A DNA stretch of 64,000 nucleotides, taken from an uncultured Gammaproteobacteria bacterium (GTDB lineage: Bacteria > Patescibacteriota > Microgenomatia > UBA1406). The stretch is taken from NCBI GenBank assembly GCA_964414145.1, contig CAYPVH010000001.1, positions 82,816 through 146,815 of the forward strand, written 5' to 3'. Below are positions 18,594 to 27,240 of the stretch, piece after piece. Under the pieces are notes generated by a model. It had not been told where the DNA came from and made no database searches. It saw nothing but the letters and a program-made list of their open reading frames with translations. Position 1 is the stretch's first letter; every line of letters begins with the position of its first letter. Both the position numbers and the translations under genes were made by a program.

Positions 18594-19329
18594 GAACACA
18601 AGAGCACTGCTTCTTATCGTTAGGCACAGCGGTCTGATCGGTTTCCTGTTGACAATACTGGGTTTAGTATTGATTCCCTTTTTTATTGGTATCCCTATTT
18701 TGGTAATTGGTTTACTGTTCCAAGTATTCAGTTTTTACCGCAAATGGTTTATTAGATTACTGCCTGCTTCGCTTAGGCAAATAATTAGTGATAACCTTAT
18801 TAAATCGTATCAGCCATACCAACCAGCCCTGCATAGCTTCAAAAACATTCTCTGGGAAATTGGCAAAATCACCGCTATTACTTTGAGTATTCTATTAGTC
18901 ATTTTTTTGTCGTTCATTTATTTTTCATACGCTAAGCAAAAAGGCTATTGGGAATGCAACAAAAACAATAAATGGACAAAACACGGCCTTCCGGATTATC
19001 CTGCCCCAGTTATTTCCTGCCCCAACTCCAATTCACTGCCACAAGACAAAGCATCCTGTTTAGCCCAAGGCGGAATCTGGTCACAGCAAGGACTAGCTGC
19101 TAAGGCAACCTGCAATCGCAAAGCCGTTGATCAGGGAAATATGTGCCGCGACAACGCAGAGTGCGAGGGCTGGTGTCAGGTGGAACTAACCAATAATGAA
19201 CTAAAACAGGGGATGAGCGGTCAAGTCCAAACTAGCAAACAGTATGGTCAGTGCTCTACATGGGTTTTAAGAGTTGGCTGTTTTGGCATGCTGGAAAAAG
19301 GTAAAATTAAAACAATCTGTATCGATTAA
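18505..19329 (+). CDS. membrane protein with Cys-rich C-terminal ectodomain
   Basis: 274-aa ORF with 3-4 TM segments and 10 Cys in the last 130 aa. The 5' end overlaps the preceding ORF, so the true start is uncertain. Confidence 0.5.
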   Translation: MLTRKHMTTIKSVIKPKKNLVNCGPKKSAKNTRALLLIVRHSGLIGFLLTILGLVLIPFFIGIPILVIGLLFQVFSFYRKWFIRLLPASLRQIISDNLIKSYQPYQPALHSFKNILWEIGKITAITLSILLVIFLSFIYFSYAKQKGYWECNKNNKWTKHGLPDYPAPVISCPNSNSLPQDKASCLAQGGIWSQQGLAAKATCNRKAVDQGNMCRDNAECEGWCQVELTNNELKQGMSGQVQTSKQYGQCSTWVLRVGCFGMLEKGKIKTICID

Positions 19330-19356
19330 TTGCATTATAAATTATATAATTTAAAT

Positions 19357-20322
19357 ATGAGAAAAGGCTTCTCACCAATTTTTATCATCCTCATTATTGC
19401 TGCAGTTGCCGGCATTGGCTTGGTTTCATATCAAGTTATTAAAAAAAACAACTCACAGGGCCAGCAAGAGACCAACAACAATACCAAACAGACAGCGGTG
19501 AATATTTTTCAAGACCAGCCAAATCTATGTATATCTATCAGTCAAGCTACTGTTGGAGAATTGTTGGGCAAAACAATAATTAAAACCGAGTCTCTCTCAA
19601 GCGGTAGTTTAGCAAGCTGTCAATATTACTTAGACAACACTCACGCACTTGTACTCAACCACGATCATAGTAGCATTAACAGTAAAATCAAGGGCCACGA
19701 GTTTCTAGAGCGTACAGTTAGCTCAGATAACAGTATCCCAATGAAAAACTACGTAGTAATACAAAAAGATGGGCTCATCAATGAAATATACCTGGTGTTT
19801 AGCGACAATGAATTTGTATCTATCAATCGGCCCAATGGCAAGCTAATTTCTGAAGAAGAAATAATGAGCTTCGCCCAAAAGCTGGCAATCTTTTTTACAA
19901 ACGGCGAGCCAGATACGGCGCCAACCACTCACAACAAAACCAAAGATAGTATTGTGCCTAAACCGCAAGAAACAAATATTATTAATAATTTTTTTAGCTT
20001 AATAGACAATAAAGATATTCCTGCCGCTATTTCTATGATGTCAACTACCGCAGTAAAAGATAACTCGGCTAAGCAAGCTTGGGGTGTCCAATTTAACAAC
20101 ATTAAGTCTATTAATGTCTTGCAAATAGAACCATCCATGCCAGAGAACTGGACTCCAGACCGGCACATCTATAAGGTTACACTAGAGGCATATGTTTCAT
20201 CAGATTCAGCTAACGCTCCTATTCCTTACTACGGTTGGGGAGACAATCCCAATATCCGCTGGGTTGAGTTGGTTAAAGAGAATAATTTGTGGAAAATCAA
20301 TGCCCTGGCTACCAGTCCATAA
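19357..20322 (+). CDS. membrane-anchored extracytoplasmic protein
   Basis: Start moved to ATG 19357 (MRKGFSPIFIILIIAAVAGIGL). One TM segment followed by a soluble domain. Confidence 0.6.
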   Translation: MRKGFSPIFIILIIAAVAGIGLVSYQVIKKNNSQGQQETNNNTKQTAVNIFQDQPNLCISISQATVGELLGKTIIKTESLSSGSLASCQYYLDNTHALVLNHDHSSINSKIKGHEFLERTVSSDNSIPMKNYVVIQKDGLINEIYLVFSDNEFVSINRPNGKLISEEEIMSFAQKLAIFFTNGEPDTAPTTHNKTKDSIVPKPQETNIINNFFSLIDNKDIPAAISMMSTTAVKDNSAKQAWGVQFNNIKSINVLQIEPSMPENWTPDRHIYKVTLEAYVSSDSANAPIPYYGWGDNPNIRWVELVKENNLWKINALATSP

Positions 20323-20612
20323 AAATATTTGGCCTAATCTGATAAACTTTGCCTTATGACACTACTTGCAAGTTTGGCAACCATTACAGGTTTCTTTTTA
20401 GGGTTAGGTAGTCTTCCTCAGGCAATTAAAATATACCGTACAAAAAGTGCTCGAGACATTGCCCCCGTTTCATATGTAATCATGGTTTTGGGATCATCTA
20501 TCTGGATTTTGTACGGGTTAGAACTAAAAAGCTTGCCTATTGTAATTCCTAATGTATTAGGAGTTATTCTTGGATCAGTAATACTTATCGGTTGGTTAAA
20601 ATATGGAAAACC
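20321..20612 (+). repeat. 292-bp direct repeat copy B
   Basis: See 14298-14589. Confidence 0.85.
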
Positions 20613-20616
20613 CTAA
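20356..20616 (+). CDS. SemiSWEET (PQ-loop) sugar transporter, paralog
   Basis: 86 aa, near-identical to the 14333 product, with the same LPQAIKIYRTKS motif. Confidence 0.8.
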   Translation: MTLLASLATITGFFLGLGSLPQAIKIYRTKSARDIAPVSYVIMVLGSSIWILYGLELKSLPIVIPNVLGVILGSVILIGWLKYGKP

Positions 20617-20675
20617 TTTTGGCAAACCTTTTTTAGGAAAGGCAACTTTTTCCTTGCCTGATATAATTTTCCTTG

Positions 20676-21491
20676 ATGATCAATCTTGTAGATAATCCTC
20701 CTGGTCCTTTCATAGACAGCAAAACAGGTGTTTGGCAATCGCGCGACTCATGGGAAAGAAGGTTAAAAGACCAGCTTAGGCCAGAAATGCATGCTGCCTT
20801 AGCAGAATCAACACACAAAGCAGCTTCAGAGGGAAAAGTGCCAATCGGAATCGAAATTGGCCCTGGCAATGGCTACGAAACAGCAGAGCTAATTCGACTT
20901 TCACACCCTGCTACACAAATCATTCCCATAGATCCCGATCCAAATCAAAAAAACGTTGCCGTGTATACATGGATATTGCAAAGCTGCGGAATTTCAAGAA
21001 TTCCAAGCATATATAAAGGAAATGGTTGGTTTTTTGAGCAGGTTATGCAAAAAGAAGAGCGGAGAAGAGAAATATTAGAGCATATGTCCGATCCAAGATT
21101 AGCTGGCAAAATTAGTTTTATCTTAGCTGCGAATAATCTGGCTATAGCTGTTCACCAATCAGACCAAGTTACCGCCAATTCATGGATTTCCAACTTTTTA
21201 TCAAACTCTGCTAGATATCTTTCACCCGATGGAGTATTGTTATTAACTGCAGGCACAGCAGCTTTATTAGTAGAAAAAAGAAATGGCAACTTAGTACTAA
21301 ATCCAGGTAATCATATCGAAGCAAGATTTCTTAAAGAAGGATTCTCAGATTCTGTTTTTTGTAGAACTCATGTTTTTCAGCCATGGTTACCTTACTTAAC
21401 TGTAGACGCTCCTGTTGAACCAGCATACACAGATGTTTATTCCACTCTAAACTTTACACCATTAGTCCCGTATACTTACGAGGCTCGATAA
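20676..21491 (+). CDS. Rossmann-fold methyltransferase-like protein
   Basis: IGIEIGPGNG (motif I-like), IIPIDPD (acidic beta-2 end), LSPDGVLLL. TGATATAAT at 20659-20667 lies upstream. Confidence 0.45.
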   Translation: MINLVDNPPGPFIDSKTGVWQSRDSWERRLKDQLRPEMHAALAESTHKAASEGKVPIGIEIGPGNGYETAELIRLSHPATQIIPIDPDPNQKNVAVYTWILQSCGISRIPSIYKGNGWFFEQVMQKEERRREILEHMSDPRLAGKISFILAANNLAIAVHQSDQVTANSWISNFLSNSARYLSPDGVLLLTAGTAALLVEKRNGNLVLNPGNHIEARFLKEGFSDSVFCRTHVFQPWLPYLTVDAPVEPAYTDVYSTLNFTPLVPYTYEAR

Positions 21492-21605
21492 ATAGGAAGT
21501 GTACCCGATATATTTTCTTGATCCCTAATTCTAGAGTTATAAATGACTCGATAAATAAGATACTATCAGCATTTGTTTATACTGTAAAAGTAGAATTGCT
21601 GCAGC

Positions 21606-22262
21606 TTATTTTTTATTCCCCGGCTTAGTAATTTCGTGGCTTACACTAAACCAGTCGGTTAGACCATCATATAAAACATCAACAATATCGTCCTGACGAC
21701 TACCTGCTTTTAGTGCACTACACTCATTAGTGTTAGATATAAAGACAGGTTCTACAGTAACTGCTGGCCCAGTAAACTTTAGAGTTACTCCAGACATAAA
21801 GTTTGTTGTTCCCAAATCCGGAACATTAAGATACTCAGCCATCCCACTGTCGATTACAGAAGTAAATTCCTTATCTTTCCATGGTTTTGTATATAAATTC
21901 ATAGATCCGTTATACTCTGGATCAGTTGATCCATTAAGGTGGATCGACACCAATACTTCGCCATCTGTACTGTTTGCATAATCATATCTAGTTGCATTGT
22001 CCTTATAAACATCTTCAGTTCTGGTCATATACACAGTAGCTCCATCACCTTCAAGCCGAGATTTCAACCTTTCTGCAATATCAAGATTTGCATCACTTTC
22101 ATTAAGACCGTCACAAGCTGTAGAGCCTGAATCAGTTCCTCCATGTCCAGCGTCTAGAATAATCTTATGTCCAGTTAAGGGGGTTGCGGCAGTGGCTTTA
22201 GATATAAATAATGGCGCAATCAGTAAAATACCCGCCACTAAAACTAGTAATTTTTTACTCAT
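21606..22262 (-). CDS. N-acetylmuramoyl-L-alanine amidase (Amidase_3)
   Basis: ILDAGHGGTDSG and VSIHLNGS motifs plus a signal peptide. Start set at MSKKLL, preceded by the SD GAAAGGAGAT. Confidence 0.9.
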   Translation of the reverse strand: MSKKLLVLVAGILLIAPLFISKATAATPLTGHKIILDAGHGGTDSGSTACDGLNESDANLDIAERLKSRLEGDGATVYMTRTEDVYKDNATRYDYANSTDGEVLVSIHLNGSTDPEYNGSMNLYTKPWKDKEFTSVIDSGMAEYLNVPDLGTTNFMSGVTLKFTGPAVTVEPVFISNTNECSALKAGSRQDDIVDVLYDGLTDWFSVSHEITKPGNKK

Positions 22263-22499
22263 TTTGTATCTCCTTTCAATCATTATATACAACTCGAGAG
22301 AAAATAAACATTCACAAATAATTAGAAATTATATCGGCTTGGAATAGTTTGGTAGCTATTCATAGGCTCCCTAGCTCTAGAGTTCTGCAAATCTCGGTAT
22401 ATAGGCTTATATCAGTATTTAATGATGCCTGCCCGCCTTTAGTGGGTGATGCAGGTGGAGTTATTAAAGACGAGGTGGAGGGAAATTAAACCACACATA

Positions 22500-22730
22500 T
22501 TACCAAGAAAAATCGATAAAAGAAGCTACAATCAACACAAGTGCGAAAGTGAATGGATACAACATAAGATTTCCTATATTCTTTGTAAACCAATTATCTA
22601 CCTTGTCATCTTTTTGTATTACTTCCTCTAATTTCTTTTTAAAATCTAAGAATTTAATTGCCTCATCATGAGAGTTTTTTTCTAAAGCTTTATCTATCTG
22701 ATCTCGTACTTTTGAAATTGCAGAATGCAA
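22500..22730 (-). CDS. small C-terminally anchored protein
   Basis: 76 aa, lying 3 nt downstream of the GIY-YIG gene. Confidence 0.4.
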   Translation of the reverse strand: MHSAISKVRDQIDKALEKNSHDEAIKFLDFKKKLEEVIQKDDKVDNWFTKNIGNLMLYPFTFALVLIVASFIDFSW

Positions 22731-22733
22731 AAT

Positions 22734-23003
22734 CTATTTTTCCCAGGGTTTTCTTTTAAAATAACTTTTTAAAATCTTCTCAAGTTCTTTCTTGCCATTT
22801 CCGCCTTTTAAGTATACCTCTCTTCTTTTTGCATCTTGTTCAATAATAAATGCTTCATAATATATTAAATTAAAAGGAAGTCTATATTTGGTGGCTTTCA
22901 CAAACCCACCTTTATGTGCTTTTATTCTATTTCTAAGGTTGGGGGAATATCCTGTATACAACTTGCCATCTTTTTCACTATGGAGCACATAAATATAAAA
23001 CAT
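22734..23003 (-). CDS. small free-standing GIY-YIG nuclease-domain protein
   Basis: MFYIYVLHSEKDGKLYTGYSPNLRNRIKAHK, giving the GIY (YIY)...YTG signature plus R and E residues. 89 aa, catalytic domain only. Confidence 0.85.
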   Translation of the reverse strand: MFYIYVLHSEKDGKLYTGYSPNLRNRIKAHKGGFVKATKYRLPFNLIYYEAFIIEQDAKRREVYLKGGNGKKELEKILKSYFKRKPWEK

Positions 23004-23069
23004 TGAATAAATTATATGAATACAAAATGTGTTTGTCTGTCGACTAAAATCTACTTTTTCTTAAAAAAA

Positions 23070-23213
23070 CACGCTCACTGTGCGTGGGTGAATTATTTGC
23101 CTGCTCCCACGCTGAGCGTGGGTCTAAAAAGAGGCTGCTCCCACGCTGAGCGTGGGTCTAAAAAGAGGCTGCTCCCACGCTGAGCGTGGGATGAGCAGCG
23201 CTGAGCGCTGCTC
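23070..23213. repeat. tandem GC-rich palindromic repeat array (five hairpins, 34-bp unit, core CGCTGAGCG)
   Basis: The unit CTGCTCCCACGCTGAGCGTGGGTCTAAAAAGAGG occurs at 23101-23134 and 23135-23168, with a partial third copy to 23190. Degenerate hairpins sit at 23070-23086 and 23193-23213. Confidence 0.8.
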
Positions 23214-23314
23214 CCCCTAAAGGACTTATTCTGCAACCACAAATTAGAGTTTGACTTTACCTTGAGCGACCTCAAAATAATGTTTGAGACGCTACAATTA
23301 CAACCTGCTTTCAC

Positions 23315-23791
23315 TTAAACTACCACGGGGTCATCAGACACTTCAATAACCGTACTGTTGGGGATTTTCTTCAAGTCATCGGTTTTGTACTTAAAAGTAC
23401 AGACAAAACTCCCTGTACCTCCATTAAGGTATTCCTTCTCAAACACTCTTTGGTCAATGTAAGTGTCTAACCCAGGGATATACACTCTAGCCGCTCCGAA
23501 GGGAAGATTAGTGGTCTGCTCAAACTCCTCCTTAGTGGCAAACCTTAAATCACCAACTTTTAAGGTCTTTTTAATTTTCTTAAAACTCAAATGGTCATTT
23601 CCTTTTTTAAGAATAACGACAAATTTATCGTCAGCTTTCATAACCAATGAAGCCACGCAATCGGCAACTGTTTCCCCAAGATAACCTTGTACTTCTTCGG
23701 GGTTTACTAAATGCGGGTGCTCTAAGATTTTATGTTCAATGCCTAGGGACTTAAGTGCCTCACTGTATTCAATAACTGATTGCTCAATCAT
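23315..23791 (-). CDS. YbaK/aminoacyl-tRNA deacylase-like domain protein
   Basis: 158 aa. LVMKADDKFVVILKKGNDHLSFKKIKK...FATKEEFEQTTNLPFGA matches the YbaK/EbsC pattern from memory. Confidence 0.6.
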   Translation of the reverse strand: MIEQSVIEYSEALKSLGIEHKILEHPHLVNPEEVQGYLGETVADCVASLVMKADDKFVVILKKGNDHLSFKKIKKTLKVGDLRFATKEEFEQTTNLPFGAARVYIPGLDTYIDQRVFEKEYLNGGTGSFVCTFKYKTDDLKKIPNSTVIEVSDDPVVV

Positions 23792-23796
23792 AAGTT

Positions 23797-24507
23797 TTAT
23801 TCGTCTTTATCGTAGTAATAATCGACTATCCCTTCGGCCAATACTTCATCAGAGCTAATTGTCCTATTACCAAGCGCCTCGTAATTGATAGCTAAAGGTA
23901 ATTCGGTACACCCAAGTATTATTGCTTCAGCTCCACGGCTAAATAGGTCATTTAACGCTCCTATATACTCAGTTTTCTTATCAAACGACTTATTACCCGC
24001 TAGCACATCACGGATAATACTGTCGGCTACTTCAATTTCGTTTTCAGTTGGCAAAACAAGCTCAATTCCATTCTTTTTTAACTCCTGGTCATACAAACCA
24101 GATTTAATAAGAACGGGTGTCCCCAGCAATCCCACCTTCTTAAAACCGTGTCCAACACATTTTTTAGCGACCAATTCAATCATTGAAATAAACTTAACCT
24201 CGGTACTTTTTTGTAACTCATCAAGTAAGATATGAACTGTATTGCTTCCGATGCACAATCTTGTTGCCCCAGCGTTAGTAAGCGATTGAACTGATTTAAT
24301 TAACATTGTTTTTGCGGTTTCAATTTGGCTTGTGTCAGATATAAAATCAGGTACGGGTACACTTTCTATAAGTATCTGTGGGTAGTCATTATTATTTTTT
24401 GCTCCATATTTTGACTGGGCAAATTCAATGATTTTGCCATAGATAAACTGGGTAGCTTGTGGTCCTACGCCCCCGATAATTCCAACTTTTTTATTTACTT
24501 GGTTCAT
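23797..24507 (-). CDS. aspartate/glutamate racemase family protein
   Basis: GIIGGVGPQAT, CIGSNTVH and ILGCTELP supply the two catalytic Cys motifs. Confidence 0.85.
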   Translation of the reverse strand: MNQVNKKVGIIGGVGPQATQFIYGKIIEFAQSKYGAKNNNDYPQILIESVPVPDFISDTSQIETAKTMLIKSVQSLTNAGATRLCIGSNTVHILLDELQKSTEVKFISMIELVAKKCVGHGFKKVGLLGTPVLIKSGLYDQELKKNGIELVLPTENEIEVADSIIRDVLAGNKSFDKKTEYIGALNDLFSRGAEAIILGCTELPLAINYEALGNRTISSDEVLAEGIVDYYYDKDE

Positions 24508-25402
24508 AGTGATTTTTGGAAATAAACAATATACCTAATATAACAAAAACTGCACCAGCTAAGTAGGACAGATTAAAAGGCTCTTTCAAAATAAAATAAC
24601 TAAGTATTAGGCTACTTACTGGCACTACTCCCATAAATACACCTGCTGACGAAGCGTCAACCTTTGATAAACCCTTAAACCATAGCTGGAACGAAATAAC
24701 GGTAACAAATAATCCGTAATAAACTATTGACACCCAATCAGCTATTCCAACTGACGTAAAATTAAATCTTAAACCCTCTACAATCGAAAAAGGCAAAAAC
24801 ATTACAAAGCTAAAAAACGTAACATATGCAGCCATAATAAGAGGTGTGACCTTCGTAGAAACCAGCTTAGCCAAAACACTAAACAGTGCCTCAACGACAA
24901 CGCTTCCCATTACAAGACCCGCACCAATTAGCATTGCTGTTTTTTGCTCAGAAGTAGCATTTACGCTATTTAGGTTGATTATTAAAACACCTAAAACTGA
25001 TGAGGCAATACCAATCAGCTTATTTCTGGTAATAGCTTCTCTTAAGAGAATAAACGATAGAATACCAACCACAGCAGGACCTGTACTGGTAATAATTCCA
25101 GATTGCGTAGCTGTTGTATAGCGCAAACCATATAACAATAAAATCCTGTAGATGAAAGTTCCCAAAAAGGCCTGCAACAAAATTACCAGCAAATCTTTAC
25201 CTTTAAGGACTAGTAGCTTATTTCCTGAACTAGCCAATAACGTCAAAAAAATTAGCGACGCAATTCCTAGGCTTAAGCCAGATGCCAGAAAAACAGGGAA
25301 ACTTGAAGTAATTATCTTACCCACAACCATAGAGCTACCAACGATGGTCATAGCCGCGGCTAACTGCAAATACGCAACAATACTTTTATTACTTCGTTTC
25401 AT
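24491..25402 (-). CDS. EamA/DMT family transporter
   Basis: 303 aa with 10 TM segments. Confidence 0.8.
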   Translation of the reverse strand: MKRSNKSIVAYLQLAAAMTIVGSSMVVGKIITSSFPVFLASGLSLGIASLIFLTLLASSGNKLLVLKGKDLLVILLQAFLGTFIYRILLLYGLRYTTATQSGIITSTGPAVVGILSFILLREAITRNKLIGIASSVLGVLIINLNSVNATSEQKTAMLIGAGLVMGSVVVEALFSVLAKLVSTKVTPLIMAAYVTFFSFVMFLPFSIVEGLRFNFTSVGIADWVSIVYYGLFVTVISFQLWFKGLSKVDASSAGVFMGVVPVSSLILSYFILKEPFNLSYLAGAVFVILGILFISKNHYEPSK

Positions 25403-25650
25403 ACATTCTTAAATCTTCCTTTTTTAATTTCTTTAGAACCTCTGGTAACTGTTGCTATACCAACTTTCAGCTTATCAACAATCTCTCTCTGAGACACGCC
25501 TGCTTTTAACATTTTTACTATTTGAAGCCGACGAGCAACCTCATCCAGCTCTTGAGACGTCAAAAGTCCTTTAAGCAGGTCAAGCGCACCTTCACGGCTT
25601 TTAACCTTAAGCAAAGTCTCTACAAGCTCATTTATGTTCTTATCTTTCAT
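25399..25650 (-). CDS. TrpR-like (YerC/YecD family) DNA-binding protein
   Basis: LLTSQELDEVARRLQIVKMLKAGVSQREIVDKLKVGIATVTRGSKEIKKG. Confidence 0.75.
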   Translation of the reverse strand: MKDKNINELVETLLKVKSREGALDLLKGLLTSQELDEVARRLQIVKMLKAGVSQREIVDKLKVGIATVTRGSKEIKKGRFKNV

Positions 25651-25657
25651 AAAATAC

Positions 25658-25683
25658 GCACTATTGTACTAGTGCGATAGTGC
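25658..25683. promoter_or_regulatory. 26-bp imperfect palindrome centred on ACTAGT (candidate TrpR-type operator)
   Basis: GCACTAT-TGTACTAGTGCG-ATAGTGC lies immediately upstream of the TrpR-like gene and overlaps the candidate -10 boxes TACAAT/TAGAAT on the minus strand. Confidence 0.35.
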
Positions 25684-25840
25684 ATTCTAGCAAACACTTT
25701 GTGTTCTGTCAATCTGGGGTTATTAAGCAATGGTAAACTCCTTTGTAAACGCATTTAGTACCGAAAATGAGCCTGGATTTGGTTTACAGAACATTCAAAC
25801 AGTGTTTGACACTTTCCAAATTTGACCAACGCACGCCTAA

Positions 25841-27223
25841 CTACTCAGTGTCAGTTTTTGGCACAATGTTTTTTAAGTACTCGTCCGCTATATCAAGCAC
25901 TTCATTAAATGTAAGGATTTCTATATTATGTAAGCTATTCCTAAGTTTCGTAAAATCCCTCTTCAATTTTTCTTTCTCGCCCTTCTTAGTCGTTAGCTTT
26001 GACTGAGACGAAATAACTATAATGCCTCGTGGATGGTACAGGTTTTCTTCATCGGTAAACTGAGTTATCTTTTTCCTATCATCAACCTGCTTAAAACGCT
26101 CTTGCATAATAGCGTCCATATAGTTTGTGGTTTGGACAATCGCTTTACTTAATTCTGGAGAAAAATAAAAGTTTTGATGACTTTTATCCCAGTTTAGTGC
26201 ATTCTTAAGATGGGTTTTAATCTCTATAACATCTAACCCGTTATAGTGGTTAATACCAATAAAATCAGGATATTTTTTATCACCCTCAATATCTTTAAGT
26301 TCTACTTTCGAGAATATCTTTTTATAAGTAAAAATCAGATACAACAAATTTCTTTCAAAATATCTTTGCCAAACAGTTTCAAGCTGACCGATATTTGTTT
26401 CACCGATACGATTGATGACTTTCCGTGCGGGTGCTGTATTGAGATTTGTTGTCCCAAGTGCAAGGATTTCTCTGCCCAGCTCAATGATGTCTTTTAGCCT
26501 TTCTTTAATAAAGTAGTCATTTAGTTTTCTCAAAAATCCGTCAGACAGCACATCGTATCGCAATAGTTCTGTTATCAGTTCTTCAATAGAAGCAATGTCG
26601 CTTCCATCCAAATAACGCAAGAAGTCTTTTTTATTTCTCTTAGTCTTAAGGTAAAGGCGGTCAACTAAAAAACTAAACTCACCTTTTTCAAGATATGTTG
26701 TCCTTTTTCTTGTATTTTTACTGTAGTCGTGAGATTTGATATTAGATAAGTAATTTTCAGTAGAACTTCTATAGGATTGGCTCTTTTGGTAAACATATTC
26801 AGCGTCAGCCATTACCTTATCAAATATACTTTGTGGCAATGACAAAGTGCCTTTAACCAACACCATCTTTTTCGAGGTAGAACTGATTTTTATTTTCGTT
26901 ACCTCTTTTCCAAGAGGATTGATAATGTTTTTGAACTGTTGTTCACGGGACAATTTGTAATTCCCGTTATTACTCCTGAAATATAACCAGTTTCTAATGT
27001 TGTAGTCTTTCGGAAATGTTATCGTGCCGTATTTTTCTCTTTGGCTATAAGTCTTGTCATTAACAGAATACCAATAGAAGTTCAGTTGATATTCGCCTCG
27101 CTTTAAGCTCAATATGTCTCCACTTGGGATTTTTACACTTTGTTTTTCTTCATCAAGAGTAACGCCAGTCCATCCGCCTTGAGTAAGGTTGTCATATATA
27201 TATTTAGCTAATGTTATTGGCAT
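25841..27223 (-). CDS. DUF4263/Shedu (SduA)-like PD-(D/E)xK nuclease-domain protein
   Basis: C-terminal WQRYFERN...KYPDFIGINHYNGLDVIEIKTH...SPELSKAIVQTTNYMD...RGIIVIS...IEILTFNEVL resembles the DUF4263 nuclease core as recalled. 460 aa. Confidence 0.55.
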   Translation of the reverse strand: MPITLAKYIYDNLTQGGWTGVTLDEEKQSVKIPSGDILSLKRGEYQLNFYWYSVNDKTYSQREKYGTITFPKDYNIRNWLYFRSNNGNYKLSREQQFKNIINPLGKEVTKIKISSTSKKMVLVKGTLSLPQSIFDKVMADAEYVYQKSQSYRSSTENYLSNIKSHDYSKNTRKRTTYLEKGEFSFLVDRLYLKTKRNKKDFLRYLDGSDIASIEELITELLRYDVLSDGFLRKLNDYFIKERLKDIIELGREILALGTTNLNTAPARKVINRIGETNIGQLETVWQRYFERNLLYLIFTYKKIFSKVELKDIEGDKKYPDFIGINHYNGLDVIEIKTHLKNALNWDKSHQNFYFSPELSKAIVQTTNYMDAIMQERFKQVDDRKKITQFTDEENLYHPRGIIVISSQSKLTTKKGEKEKLKRDFTKLRNSLHNIEILTFNEVLDIADEYLKNIVPKTDTE

Positions 27224-27240
27224 ATTTTCTATTGTCTAAA

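Noticed and set aside
23101-23190. Possible CRISPR array
   Set aside because: The repeats are directly abutting 34-bp units with no unique spacers. There are only about 2.6 copies and no cas genes in the window.
23093-23314. 73-aa minus-strand ORF
   Set aside because: It is translated straight through the tandem palindromic repeats, giving a repetitive SSAQRCSSHAQRGSS product. It is a repeat artefact.
25765-25795. Possible attL remnant of the tRNA 3' end (GCCTGGATTTGGTTTACAGAAC against GCCTGGACTCGAACCAGGAAC)
   Set aside because: Only 7 contiguous nt plus scattered matches are shared, and the acceptor-stem sequence TGGCTCCCCC is absent. This is insufficient to call an att repeat.
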